Shown piece by piece: positions 6,941-16,250 of a stretch of 29,307 nt of DNA (position 1 is the first letter of the stretch; each line of letters opens with the position of its first letter). The stretch comes from a virus. The position numbers and the translations under genes are program-made. The DNA lies in the IMG/VR virus record IMGVR_UViG_3300031914_000001, positions 1 through 29,307 of that record; one strand, given 5' to 3'. Under the pieces are notes generated by a model. That model did not search any database. It was not told where the DNA came from and was given only the letters and a program-made list of their open reading frames with translations.

Positions 6941-7275
6941 CGACCTCGACGACCCCACGGCGGTTCGAACTCGTCCGTGAGGAGGATGTCTCCGAGACCT
7001 CCGGGACTGGTGTCGTTGCCGTCGGCGTCGAGTACCCTGATGGCGCCGTTCACATGCAGTGGTGCAACGCGGAGAACGACGGCCTCGAGACAGACTCGAA
7101 CGGCTGTGCGTTCAAGCCTGCTCCCGACGGACTCGCGGCGACCGAAGAGATCCACGGCCACGGTGGTCGAACTTCCGTGCGGTTCCTCGATGAGGTCGAC
7201 GATCGCGAACGACCAGATATCGAGGCCCAAGTTGCGTTCCATGGTGACTTCGACGAGGATTCCAGCTCTCTATGA
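6937..7275 (+). CDS. Conserved phage-type hypothetical protein
   Basis: RRFELVREEDVSETSGTGVVAVGVEYPDG...IHGHGGRTSVRF resembles a small uncharacterised phage family (recognised from memory). Confidence 0.75.
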   Translation: MTTSTTPRRFELVREEDVSETSGTGVVAVGVEYPDGAVHMQWCNAENDGLETDSNGCAFKPAPDGLAATEEIHGHGGRTSVRFLDEVDDRERPDIEAQVAFHGDFDEDSSSL

Positions 7276-7667
7276 CCGACGTCCTCGTCGAACCGGACGA
7301 CACCGCAGCCCGACTTCGCGAGTACGTTCGGGAAAACCCGGGCGTCCGCAAGGACGAGTACGACTACGACGACGTCGATCCCGTTGAAGGCGCGTGCTAC
7401 CTCCTCGCGGAGGCGTACTTCCACGCCACTGGCGATCGCGAGACCTACGACGTCTACCGCCTCGACTGGAGCGACGTCGACCCAGCCTACGAGGGCGCGC
7501 ACTGGTTCCTCCGTAAGGACGACTCCGTCATCGACCTCTCACTCCCGACGCCCGACGACGGCGCCGATGTTCCGTGGGACCAAGCCCGACACCGAGCCTT
7601 CATCACCGGGTACACACCCTCAAACCGAACCGAGCGGGCGCTCGAGACGCTGGACCTCGCGTTCTGA
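7272..7667 (+). CDS. Hypothetical protein with a C/H/D pattern like papain/transglutaminase folds
   Basis: GACYLLAEAYFH...HWFL...VIDL...FITGYTPSNRT. Confidence 0.7.
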   Translation: MTDVLVEPDDTAARLREYVRENPGVRKDEYDYDDVDPVEGACYLLAEAYFHATGDRETYDVYRLDWSDVDPAYEGAHWFLRKDDSVIDLSLPTPDDGADVPWDQARHRAFITGYTPSNRTERALETLDLAF

Positions 7668-7755
7668 AACAACAACGCCGATGCGGAATAACACGCGAGC
7701 GCACCTCACTGGGCCGATATCGACCTGTCTGTAAAACAAACTCAAACTCAACCTC

Positions 7756-8556
7756 ATGGCGCACAGAGAAAACTTCCACGAAAACGCCCACCCCGAAGCC
7801 ACCGCGATCACCGGTGAGCGGGACTACGGCGAGTGGGGACAGTGCATCGTCGATCCGGCGAGCTCGACCGGCGAGCGCTGTACCCAGCCGGCGAAGGGGA
7901 GTCACGGGAAGTGCCACTCCCACGGTGGCTCTGAAGGCTCTGGTGCGCCGGATGGGAACACCAACGCCGAGGGCAACAGCGGCGGGGCAGCTCCCGAGGA
8001 GAACGACAACGCCGTGGGCAACGACGGCGGGGCAGCTCCCGACGACAACACGAACGCGGTCACTCACGCGTTGTACGTCGAGAGCAACCGCTTCTACTCG
8101 GAGGTCATCGACGACGCGCTCCGTGAGCTCTGCGACGACATCTACCGGAGCTATGTCGAGAAGTTCCGCGAGATCAACGCCGAGCCGATCGTCGGCGAGA
8201 AGGCGCGGCTCTCGGAGATCGCGGTCAACCACATCAAGATCATCCACGCGGACAACTGGGCGGTCGACCGTCCCGACGATCTCCACTCCGGGAACGCGCT
8301 CGTCGATCGGGAGACGCGGGTGAAGGCCTCCCAGAGTGAGTTCCGAGAGGAAGTCCGCTACAAGGAGTCGGTCGTCGTGAAGACGCAACAGCGCCTCCGG
8401 AAGGAGGATCGGAAGTGGCTGAAGGAGATGGGACTGCTCGGCGCCGACGAACTCGACGTCAACGTCGACGGGCAGGTCGACCACGACCACAGCCACGGTC
8501 TCGACGAGGACACTCGCGAGATGATCGACGACCTCGAGGAGGACCTGAAGGCATGA
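7756..8556 (+). CDS. terS: Terminase small subunit (probable)
   Basis: RC...KCHSHGG and repeated GAPxxNxNA...HALY motifs as in HGGxSTG-type TerS proteins; first gene of the packaging module. Confidence 0.7.
   Translation: MAHRENFHENAHPEATAITGERDYGEWGQCIVDPASSTGERCTQPAKGSHGKCHSHGGSEGSGAPDGNTNAEGNSGGAAPEENDNAVGNDGGAAPDDNTNAVTHALYVESNRFYSEVIDDALRELCDDIYRSYVEKFREINAEPIVGEKARLSEIAVNHIKIIHADNWAVDRPDDLHSGNALVDRETRVKASQSEFREEVRYKESVVVKTQQRLRKEDRKWLKEMGLLGADELDVNVDGQVDHDHSHGLDEDTREMIDDLEEDLKA
7942..8060 (+). repeat. Three GAPxxNxNA coding repeats (45-bp period) in TerS
   Basis: GGGCAACxxCGGCGGGGCAGCTCCCGA at 7971 and 8016, plus a degenerate copy at 7942. Confidence 0.85.
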
Positions 8557-9176
8557 CGCCACTCGCTCTCCACGTCGCGGCTCGCCTCCACGACGCCGAC
8601 CACGCCGATCTCCCCGACCACGTCGATCACAAGGGCCGATTCGGCCGGTACGAGAACAAGCAGCCGGACTTCGCCCGCTCGCAGAACATGCCAGACTTCG
8701 TCCGGGACAACATCGTCGACGTCGCCCAGCGCGAGTTCGCGCTCGAGCCGCCGGCGACGCCGGACGACCAGGAGGCGATCCGGCAGAGCGACTATCGCGA
8801 GTTTTGGATCGACGAGCTCGACGCCGAGCCGTGGGACATCTACTCCATCTCGGAGGCGATGGCGACCCGGTTCGACATCAACCCGGGCTGGGCGTTCAAG
8901 ACTGCTCGCCAACACCTGAACCAACTTGTCCTCCAGGCACGGATGCGCGGCTATCGGCAGGAGCGGCTCGCCGGCCGGCGCTTCCGGTGGTCGGGGCCCG
9001 AAGCTGACCACCCGGCGTGTCAGTGGATCCGCGACCAGATTCCCGACGAGGGCCTGCCGTATCACGACGTCGTCGAACTGATGCAGGAGGCGAAGCAGCG
9101 GTTCGTCGACGACCCACCGGCGAGCGCGCACGTCGTCCACGACTGGTGCCGCCACGAGATACGGGAGGTGCGGTGA
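8553..9176 (+). CDS. Head morphogenesis protein, SPP1 gp7 / Mu F-like
   Basis: ARxxxxxxxxxARMRGYRQ...FRWSGP...C...HDWCRH matches the family's C-terminal signature. Confidence 0.65.
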   Translation: MTPLALHVAARLHDADHADLPDHVDHKGRFGRYENKQPDFARSQNMPDFVRDNIVDVAQREFALEPPATPDDQEAIRQSDYREFWIDELDAEPWDIYSISEAMATRFDINPGWAFKTARQHLNQLVLQARMRGYRQERLAGRRFRWSGPEADHPACQWIRDQIPDEGLPYHDVVELMQEAKQRFVDDPPASAHVVHDWCRHEIREVR

Positions 9177-9179
9177 CCC

Positions 9180-10820
9180 ATGTCGACAGACACCGGGGCG
9201 ACCACGTCGACGGCGCCGTCGACGTCGATCGCCAAGCTGGTCGAGGAGCGACCGACGGCCCACCCGCTGCCCTTCTCGATCCGGCACCTCGGGACGGACG
9301 GGATCCTCGCGCCACCTCAGCACCTGCGGGACTGGTACCAGCACATCTGGGAGGCGGTGTACAAGGAACACACGCCGAAGAACCTCGCGCTGCTGGGGCC
9401 GCGGAACTACGCGAAGACGGTGTCGACCATCAACGTCGCGCCGGCGTGGCTCGCGGTCAACTTCCCGGAGATCCGGATGGCCATCGTCTCGCACAAGAAG
9501 AAGCACGCCGACAAGCGGGCGAAGACGGCGGTCGCGTCGATCGAAGAGGCGTGCGAGCGGTACGGCGTCTCAGTGTACGACTCCTCGAAGACGACGCTCC
9601 AGCTGGAGGCGGGCACGCACAACATCGAGCCGACGCTCGAGCCGCTCTCCATCCGGACGTCGGACACGGGGTCGCACTACGACGTCATCATCTACGACGA
9701 CATCGCGACGCTCACCAACCAGACGACGGCGTTGCGGGGTACCATCTCGGAGAACTTCGAGGAGTTCTACGACAACGTCTCGGCGAAGGCCGGGGCGACC
9801 TGCCTGCCGCACAAGTCGCTGAACATCGTCATTGGGACGCGCAAGACGCCCGAGGACGTGTACCGCGAGCACGTCCTGTCGACAAACAACCCGGAGTGGG
9901 ACGACTGCATCGCCCGCGGTGTCTCTCGGCCAGGATGGGCGGCACGCATCTGGCGGGCGACCCCGGACTGGCACGTCATCGAGAACGAGACGTACCAGGT
10001 CCACGCCACGAACGGCGAGGTCTACGACTCCATCCGGGACGTGCCGGCGGACGTCGAGATCATCGACGACGGGATCCGCGCCGGGCCGGACACCGAGTTC
10101 CGGACGCTGTGGCCCGCGTTCGAGGCGCCCGAGACGCTGCTGACGAAGGTCGTCTCGAAGGACGGCAGCGCGGGTCTGTGGCGGGCGGAGAACCAGCAGA
10201 ACCCCGAGGCAGCCATCGGGCGCGTCCTCGACCTCGACTGGCTGCGCTTCGTCGACCCGATCCCGCGCGAGGACTGGTCGTCGCTGGAGTGGTACGCGGG
10301 GCTTGACTTCGCGAACCCGAACAACCTCGCCGCCGAGCAGCGCGGGGAGACAGACTACTGGGCGCTCGCGGTGTACGCGTTCGACCGCGAGAACGACCAG
10401 GAGTACGCCGTCGACACCTGGCGTGACCGTGGGTACATGTGGGAGGAGGCGGCGACCGAGTTCGTCGGCGTCCATCTCTCGGACTACCCGGTCGGCGAGC
10501 TGCTCGTCGAAAGCAACTTCGACGGCAAGGAGATCGCCGAGACGATCGAGGACAACGTCGACGTCCGGGTGACGCCCACTGCTTCCGAGGGCGAGAAGGA
10601 GCAGCGCCTTCACCGGCTCGCGAACCGCTTCCAGCAGGGGAAAGTGAAGGTGGCGAGCACGGAGAACGAGCGCTGGGAGTCGTTCATCCGTGAGGAGTGG
10701 CTGCCGTTCCCGGATGCGGCTCACGACGACAGATTTGACGCTCTCGAGATCGCGTCGCGTGGCCCCAACGGCTCCGTCGACCACGTGTCGAGCGACGACT
10801 TCGACCACCTCGACTGGTAA
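9180..10820 (+). CDS. terL: Terminase large subunit
   Basis: Walker A GPRNYAKT, Walker B IIYDD, motif III IGTR, nuclease motifs GLDFA, LVESN, FPDAAHDDRFDAL; GGAGGTG SD upstream. Confidence 0.95.
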   Translation: MSTDTGATTSTAPSTSIAKLVEERPTAHPLPFSIRHLGTDGILAPPQHLRDWYQHIWEAVYKEHTPKNLALLGPRNYAKTVSTINVAPAWLAVNFPEIRMAIVSHKKKHADKRAKTAVASIEEACERYGVSVYDSSKTTLQLEAGTHNIEPTLEPLSIRTSDTGSHYDVIIYDDIATLTNQTTALRGTISENFEEFYDNVSAKAGATCLPHKSLNIVIGTRKTPEDVYREHVLSTNNPEWDDCIARGVSRPGWAARIWRATPDWHVIENETYQVHATNGEVYDSIRDVPADVEIIDDGIRAGPDTEFRTLWPAFEAPETLLTKVVSKDGSAGLWRAENQQNPEAAIGRVLDLDWLRFVDPIPREDWSSLEWYAGLDFANPNNLAAEQRGETDYWALAVYAFDRENDQEYAVDTWRDRGYMWEEAATEFVGVHLSDYPVGELLVESNFDGKEIAETIEDNVDVRVTPTASEGEKEQRLHRLANRFQQGKVKVASTENERWESFIREEWLPFPDAAHDDRFDALEIASRGPNGSVDHVSSDDFDHLDW

Positions 10821-10846
10821 CACGATGTTCTCCAACACTGATCACG

Positions 10847-12571
10847 ATGACTGACGACGAACCACGCACGACGACGCTCGGCGAGGACGACGGCGGCGAG
10901 CTGGTCGCAATCGACTGGCCCGACGGCGATGTCGAGCAGATGCTCGGAGGGCAGATATCGTCGACACCACAAGCCTCGGGCGGTCGGTCGAACAGCCACG
11001 TCGACGACGTCGGGCCGATCCCCCGCATCTCGGACCGCGGCGGTGTCTGGAGCAAGCTCGACCTGCAGTCGTTCACGCTCAACTCGACAGAGCTCGCGAC
11101 GACGGTCAAACGGTTCCGCGACGAGATGTACCGGAACCAGTTCCCAGTGCTCACGCCGGCGTTCGCCGCCCGCTGTACCAACTGCGGGACCTCGTACGAT
11201 GAGGAGCGCGACGTCTGTGAGGTCTGCGGCGAGGCCGACTTCGAGACGCCGTCTCGGGCCCAGAAGGAGCGGCTCGCCGAGCTCTTCGCCTCGGTCAACG
11301 ACGACGGGCAGTCGCTGGCGTCGCTGATGAAGTACGAAGAGAACTACCAGTCCTTCAACGGCGTCTCGACGATCCTCGCCCGCCTGCAGTACCAACACGT
11401 GGAGAGCGAGACGCAGGTCGCGGGGCGCACGGTCGAGTCAGCCGGCCGGTGGGAGGCGACGGCGATCGACGAGCTCGTCCACGCGGATCCGAGCCGCGTC
11501 CGCCCGGTTCTCGACGAACAGAACCGTCACGGTGGGTGGTGGACCTGTCCCGCCCACCGCGAGGAGTACTGGGAACACGACGCGCTCACGTTCGAAGACG
11601 GCGCCGATCACCCGGTCGAAGTCTGTCCCGAGTGTCACGCTCGCCTCGAAGAGGTCGGCTACGCGGAGGTCAAACACCGGAGCAACGACGTCAAGCGCCT
11701 CTTCCTCAAACACGAGGTCATCGACTGGGCGCGGCACTTCCCCATCCTGAACGGCCTTGACGGCCGGTCACCGATCCTCCCGCTGATCAAGCTCCAGGCC
11801 ATCCTGCAGTGGTCGCGCAACTACGAGTTGCAGTACCTCAACCCACAGAACGACCAGCAGCTCCCCGACAAGTTCCTCGTCGCCTATGGGAAGAACGTCC
11901 GGGAGAGCCTGCGGGCCTCGCTGTCCGAAGAGGAGCAAAAGAACCCGTGGGAGGAGGGCCGACTCATGTACGAGGGCAACCCCGACGACGTGGAGATCGA
12001 CATCCTCGACCTGTCGACGTCGGCCGGGATCAACGGCCGCGAGCCGATGGTCGAGCGACTTATGTCGCAGATTCGGGCGATGTTCGGGGTCTCCGACGCC
12101 TTCGAGAATGAACTCTCGGACGCTGGTGGACTCAACGCCGAGGGGACGCAGGTCGAGATCACGAACGGCGCCGTCGCGAGCGCTCACCAGGACACCCAGG
12201 ACAAGGCGCTCGACACGCTGTGTCAGCTCATCGAGCGCGTCGAAGGTCACTGCGACTGGGAACTCGCGTACGTCGCCCCCGAGAGTGAGGGAGAGTCGTT
12301 GTCGCCCCTCGAAGTTCTCCAGGGGATCGAGAAGGCTCAGCAGACCGGCACCGCGGTGGCTGTCGAGGATGGCCAGCTGCAGATCCCCGACCAGGAGATC
12401 ACGCCGATGGATCCCGAGACTACGACGCCGGCGGACGAACCACCTCCCGAGGAGGGCGAGCCCGACGGTGGCGGCGACGCCGGCGCCGCGAACCCACCTG
12501 ACGACACCGGCGAGACGAACACCCCTGCTCCCGACCAACCTGCTTCCGACCCCTCTGACTCCCAGACATGA
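10847..12571 (+). CDS. Portal protein with two Zn-ribbon-like insertions
   Basis: Follows TerL, 574 aa, DGRSPILPL portal-type motif; CTNC-x10-CEVC and CPAH...CPEC; acidic Pro-rich tail. Confidence 0.8.
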   Translation: MTDDEPRTTTLGEDDGGELVAIDWPDGDVEQMLGGQISSTPQASGGRSNSHVDDVGPIPRISDRGGVWSKLDLQSFTLNSTELATTVKRFRDEMYRNQFPVLTPAFAARCTNCGTSYDEERDVCEVCGEADFETPSRAQKERLAELFASVNDDGQSLASLMKYEENYQSFNGVSTILARLQYQHVESETQVAGRTVESAGRWEATAIDELVHADPSRVRPVLDEQNRHGGWWTCPAHREEYWEHDALTFEDGADHPVEVCPECHARLEEVGYAEVKHRSNDVKRLFLKHEVIDWARHFPILNGLDGRSPILPLIKLQAILQWSRNYELQYLNPQNDQQLPDKFLVAYGKNVRESLRASLSEEEQKNPWEEGRLMYEGNPDDVEIDILDLSTSAGINGREPMVERLMSQIRAMFGVSDAFENELSDAGGLNAEGTQVEITNGAVASAHQDTQDKALDTLCQLIERVEGHCDWELAYVAPESEGESLSPLEVLQGIEKAQQTGTAVAVEDGQLQIPDQEITPMDPETTTPADEPPPEEGEPDGGGDAGAANPPDDTGETNTPAPDQPASDPSDSQT

Positions 12572-12984
12572 CTGACACGACACTTGCCCCCATCGAGAAC
12601 AGCGCGCTGCCACTGGCCACGCTCATCCGTGCCGTCGCCGACGACGTCGAGCAGGTAGCGAACACCGACGACCTCCCGCGACACTCACCGACCGAGGGCC
12701 GCGTTGCGGAGGTCACGGCCGGCACTCGCCCGTACGACATCTACGTCGGAACGGGAGACGCGTGGGCCCTCGCCACTGCGGAACTCGGCTTCGAGGCCAC
12801 GGTGCTTCGGGCGACACCCCAAGACCTGACCGCCGATGACGCGCCGGCGCCGGGCGAGGCCGGCGTCCAGGCCGCTCACGACGGGACCGGCACGCCGGCG
12901 GCGGGCACATACACGTCGGATCCGGCGAACAACCAGTGGGTCGGCGCCGACGACACCACGACCGGCACGACGATCGCCTACTGA
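12568..12984 (+). CDS. Hypothetical virion protein
   Basis: A/T/G/D-rich 138-aa ORF between portal and protease; ATGA-coupled. Confidence 0.65.
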   Translation: MTDTTLAPIENSALPLATLIRAVADDVEQVANTDDLPRHSPTEGRVAEVTAGTRPYDIYVGTGDAWALATAELGFEATVLRATPQDLTADDAPAPGEAGVQAAHDGTGTPAAGTYTSDPANNQWVGADDTTTGTTIAY

Positions 12985-12986
12985 CC

Positions 12987-13679
12987 ATGAGCATCCGCGT
13001 ACTCAACCACCTCGTCGACGGAGACGTCGACCGAAAGGCGGCGATCGGCGAGTCCGTCGACGCCGACGGGCCGATCCACGACCGGCGCATCTCCCGAGAA
13101 GATGTCCCCGACGAGTGGGAACACGCCGTCTTCGAGGCGGAGAACTTCATCATCGAGGGGCCCGCGAGCGTCGAGATCGTCGACCGGAGCGGCCAGCAGA
13201 TCCAGATGGACGCGGTCGCCGACAGCCTCGACCGCTATCTCGAGAGCACCCGCGAGCCGGGGATCATCTCGACGAGACACGACGACGTCCCCGTGGGCGT
13301 CCCGGTCTGGGAGTGGACCACCGACGAGGGCGTCCACTACGAGACGACCGTCGACGACGAGGAGTTCACACTCGTCGCGAACCTCGGCAACGAGACGACG
13401 AAGTCCAAGATGGCGCGGCTCCGCTGTCTCAGCGGCGACTACGGTGGCTACTCGGTCACCGTCTACTCCAACCAGGAGCACCGGCGCAACGACGGCACGC
13501 GGGTGACTGTCGACTGTGACCTCCACGCCGTCACGCTCGGCCACGAGAGCCAGGTGATGAACCCGGCGGCCGACTTCGACGTCGTCGACTTCAAGCACGG
13601 CGGCGTTCTCGAGGCGGCGGTTCGGCGTCGACTCCGGCGCCGGAACAGCCTCGCCGGCCGGATCGAGGACCGCCTCTAG
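12987..13679 (+). CDS. Prohead maturation protease (HK97-type)
   Basis: IEGPASVEIVDRSGQQI, catalytic-type H in STRHDDVPVG, S in GGYSV, and MNPAADF. Confidence 0.85.
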   Translation: MSIRVLNHLVDGDVDRKAAIGESVDADGPIHDRRISREDVPDEWEHAVFEAENFIIEGPASVEIVDRSGQQIQMDAVADSLDRYLESTREPGIISTRHDDVPVGVPVWEWTTDEGVHYETTVDDEEFTLVANLGNETTKSKMARLRCLSGDYGGYSVTVYSNQEHRRNDGTRVTVDCDLHAVTLGHESQVMNPAADFDVVDFKHGGVLEAAVRRRLRRRNSLAGRIEDRL

Positions 13680-13784
13680 CACTGGCTGACCACTGACTGC
13701 AGAAAGACGTCCTGCGCCGGCGTGGTGTGGGACAGCGGCCGACCGCCGCCATCTGGAAACGGGTCAGCGATTCTGACAGGACAC

Positions 13785-14792
13785 ATGAGCATATTCGGGA
13801 GAACCCCGACCGTCGACGGCAAAGCCCGTACGGTCCTGGGTGACCTTCCGGAGGACCCCTCGCCGTTCGAGATCCTCCAGACGGTCGACCAGAAGGCGGG
13901 CGACGACGTCGACCCAGACGAAGTTGTATCGAAGATGCGAACGCTCGACGAGTCGGTCGACCAGAAGCTCGCCGCCATCGACGGCGACGACGTCGACCAG
14001 AAGGAGATGCGGACGGCGGCCAGCATGATCGCTGACCGCACCTCGTTCTCTGAGCCGGCCGTCATGAACCTGCTGTCGGCTGCCGCCGAGGCGGCCGACC
14101 GCATGGATCCCATGCTGTTCGTCGACGAGTTCGACGCACTTGCAGCCGACGAGCAGCTGGGCGGCGCCGAGATCGACCAGCGCGCAGAGACCAACACGGA
14201 CACAGCAGACATGGAAAACAACACCGAGACTACGACCCCGGACGACCCGGGCGTTGACCAGAAGCAGGAGAACGACGACGACCAGATGGATCCGATCGAC
14301 CTCGTCGAGGAGATCGGCGGCTCGGACGCCCGAGACACCGTCGAGAACTACGCCGAGTCGGTCGGCAAGGACACGCAGGAGGCCGCCGCCGAGTGGGTCT
14401 CCGAGAACGTCCCCGGCGTCACCGTCGAGGGACACGGCGACACCGGCGACACGCCCGAGAACGGCGATGTCGACACCGCGGGCAACAACCCGGACGACGA
14501 CCCGTACGGCGACGACGTCGACCAGATGCTCGAGGAGAAGGTCGACCAGAAACTCGACAACATCGACGAGCGCATCGCGGATGCCGTCACGGCCGACGGG
14601 GTCATCTCGGAGATGGCCGGCGCGGTCGCTCAGAAGCTGTCGAGCGACGAGGACCTCGCCGATCAGCTCGTCGACACCGTCGACCAGAAGGGCAACTTCG
14701 CGACGACCGACGACACGGTCGTCACGGCGCCGGGCGACGACTCTCAGACCGTCGGTGAAGCCGGCGCGGTCACCGGGGGTGATGACGCGTGA
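13785..14792 (+). CDS. Capsid scaffolding protein (probable)
   Basis: Extremely acidic low-complexity protein between protease and capsid; six VDQK repeats. Confidence 0.7.
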   Translation: MSIFGRTPTVDGKARTVLGDLPEDPSPFEILQTVDQKAGDDVDPDEVVSKMRTLDESVDQKLAAIDGDDVDQKEMRTAASMIADRTSFSEPAVMNLLSAAAEAADRMDPMLFVDEFDALAADEQLGGAEIDQRAETNTDTADMENNTETTTPDDPGVDQKQENDDDQMDPIDLVEEIGGSDARDTVENYAESVGKDTQEAAAEWVSENVPGVTVEGHGDTGDTPENGDVDTAGNNPDDDPYGDDVDQMLEEKVDQKLDNIDERIADAVTADGVISEMAGAVAQKLSSDEDLADQLVDTVDQKGNFATTDDTVVTAPGDDSQTVGEAGAVTGGDDA

Positions 14793-16021
14793 GCGCTGAA
14801 GGGCACCCGTTCATGAACTACGCCGGCGGGAACAGCCCCGGCCGGTTCCTCGAGAGCAACATCGTCGGCGACGTCCCGCTCGACTGGGACGATGGCCTGC
14901 TCCAGCGGGCGCAGTACGACACCTCGACCGAGGCCCACGTCAACGCTATCTTCACGGCGACGCTGTACGCGCAGTACAACCAGGAACACGAGTGGTTCAA
15001 CGCGCTCTCGCAAGTCGACCGCTTCAACGCCTCGCTCGAGGGGCCAGTCACCGCAAAGGCCTACCGCGCGGCCACGAATCCGGTCGACCTCCAGACCCAC
15101 ACTGAGGGTGGGTCGGTTCCGGACGGCCAGACGATGGGCGTCGAGGAGGTCGAGTTCGATCCCAAGCGGTCGGACACCGTCATCGAGGTGTCGGACCTGC
15201 AGGAGATCTACGCGGCCATCGAAGACGCGGTCGGGTTCGAGGAGTTCTGGCAGACCCAGCAGGAGCAGCTGGACCTCGCGATCGACCGCGACGGCCTCGC
15301 AAAGGCCGTCATGTCCGGCGACGCCCAGTACGGCGCCACCGACCAGCTCACCAGCCTCGACCGCGTCATCGCCTCCAGCGACGAGGAGGCGCAGGCGCAG
15401 GACCCCAACGGGGCTGCCTACAACGACGGTGACCTCGACTACGGGAACGTCGACCGGTCGAATGACGACTGGGCAGACTCCTACGTCGACTTCGACGCGG
15501 CAAGCGTCCGCCAGCTGAACAACGACCTGTTCTCGGGCTTCCTGAACTCGATGAACGAGTTCGCCGACGTCGACGTCTACAACGACACGGCGATCCTCAC
15601 GGGCCACGACACCGCGGGTGTGCTGTCGGAGCTTGCGGCTGATCGGAACAACGTCCGGAACAACGCCGCGATGGCGGACTACCGGCGTGAGGAGGTCGGC
15701 GACGCCGAGACGATTCGCGGGCTCTCGGGGACGGCCCGGTTCCGCGACTACGACGGGATCCCGATCATCGGCAACCAGCACGCGATCAAGCACGGCGACA
15801 TCTCGTCGATCTTCCTCGTCCCGACGGACACGATCCGCGGGCAGCCGCGGCTCGCGATCGAGCAGTTCCAGGAGCCGTACGTCGAGACTGCCGGCCGTGG
15901 TCAGTCGCAGGGGTACCTCGCGACCGGCAACTACCGCGACCAGGCGCTCATGAAGCTCGACCACGAGGCCGTCAATCGCGACTTCAGCAGCTGTGGCCTT
16001 CTGAGAGATATCGGCGAGTAA
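14789..16021 (+). CDS. Major capsid protein (HK97 fold expected)
   Basis: About 410 aa, directly after protease and scaffold, GTGA-coupled; the NAIFTATLYAQYNQEHEWFNAL segment resembles euryarchaeal virus MCPs (from memory). Confidence 0.8.
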   Translation: MSAEGHPFMNYAGGNSPGRFLESNIVGDVPLDWDDGLLQRAQYDTSTEAHVNAIFTATLYAQYNQEHEWFNALSQVDRFNASLEGPVTAKAYRAATNPVDLQTHTEGGSVPDGQTMGVEEVEFDPKRSDTVIEVSDLQEIYAAIEDAVGFEEFWQTQQEQLDLAIDRDGLAKAVMSGDAQYGATDQLTSLDRVIASSDEEAQAQDPNGAAYNDGDLDYGNVDRSNDDWADSYVDFDAASVRQLNNDLFSGFLNSMNEFADVDVYNDTAILTGHDTAGVLSELAADRNNVRNNAAMADYRREEVGDAETIRGLSGTARFRDYDGIPIIGNQHAIKHGDISSIFLVPTDTIRGQPRLAIEQFQEPYVETAGRGQSQGYLATGNYRDQALMKLDHEAVNRDFSSCGLLRDIGE

Positions 16022-16027
16022 CCACAC

Positions 16028-16243
16028 ATGAGCGACCGCGACACTACCACCATCACCATCACCGTCCTGATCGACGGAACACAGTACGTCCGCCAAGTCG
16101 AGGGGACGCACTGGCGCCGCGACGACGAGCGCACGGTGTATGTCTACGACGGCGACACCACAGTGCTCGAAGTCGACGCGGAGTACTTCGTCGAGGCGGC
16201 GCGGGAGGACCGTGTCGAGACCATTTCCACCGTTACTCAGTAA
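16028..16243 (+). CDS. Small beta-rich hypothetical protein
   Basis: 71-aa ORF immediately after the capsid gene, with an ACACATG start context. Confidence 0.6.
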   Translation: MSDRDTTTITITVLIDGTQYVRQVEGTHWRRDDERTVYVYDGDTTVLEVDAEYFVEAAREDRVETISTVTQ

Positions 16244-16250
16244 CCACACC

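Noticed and set aside
1203-10820. Inteins in MCM or TerL
   Set aside because: Motif spacing and lengths are normal; no C/S...HN splice junctions or LAGLIDADG blocks seen.
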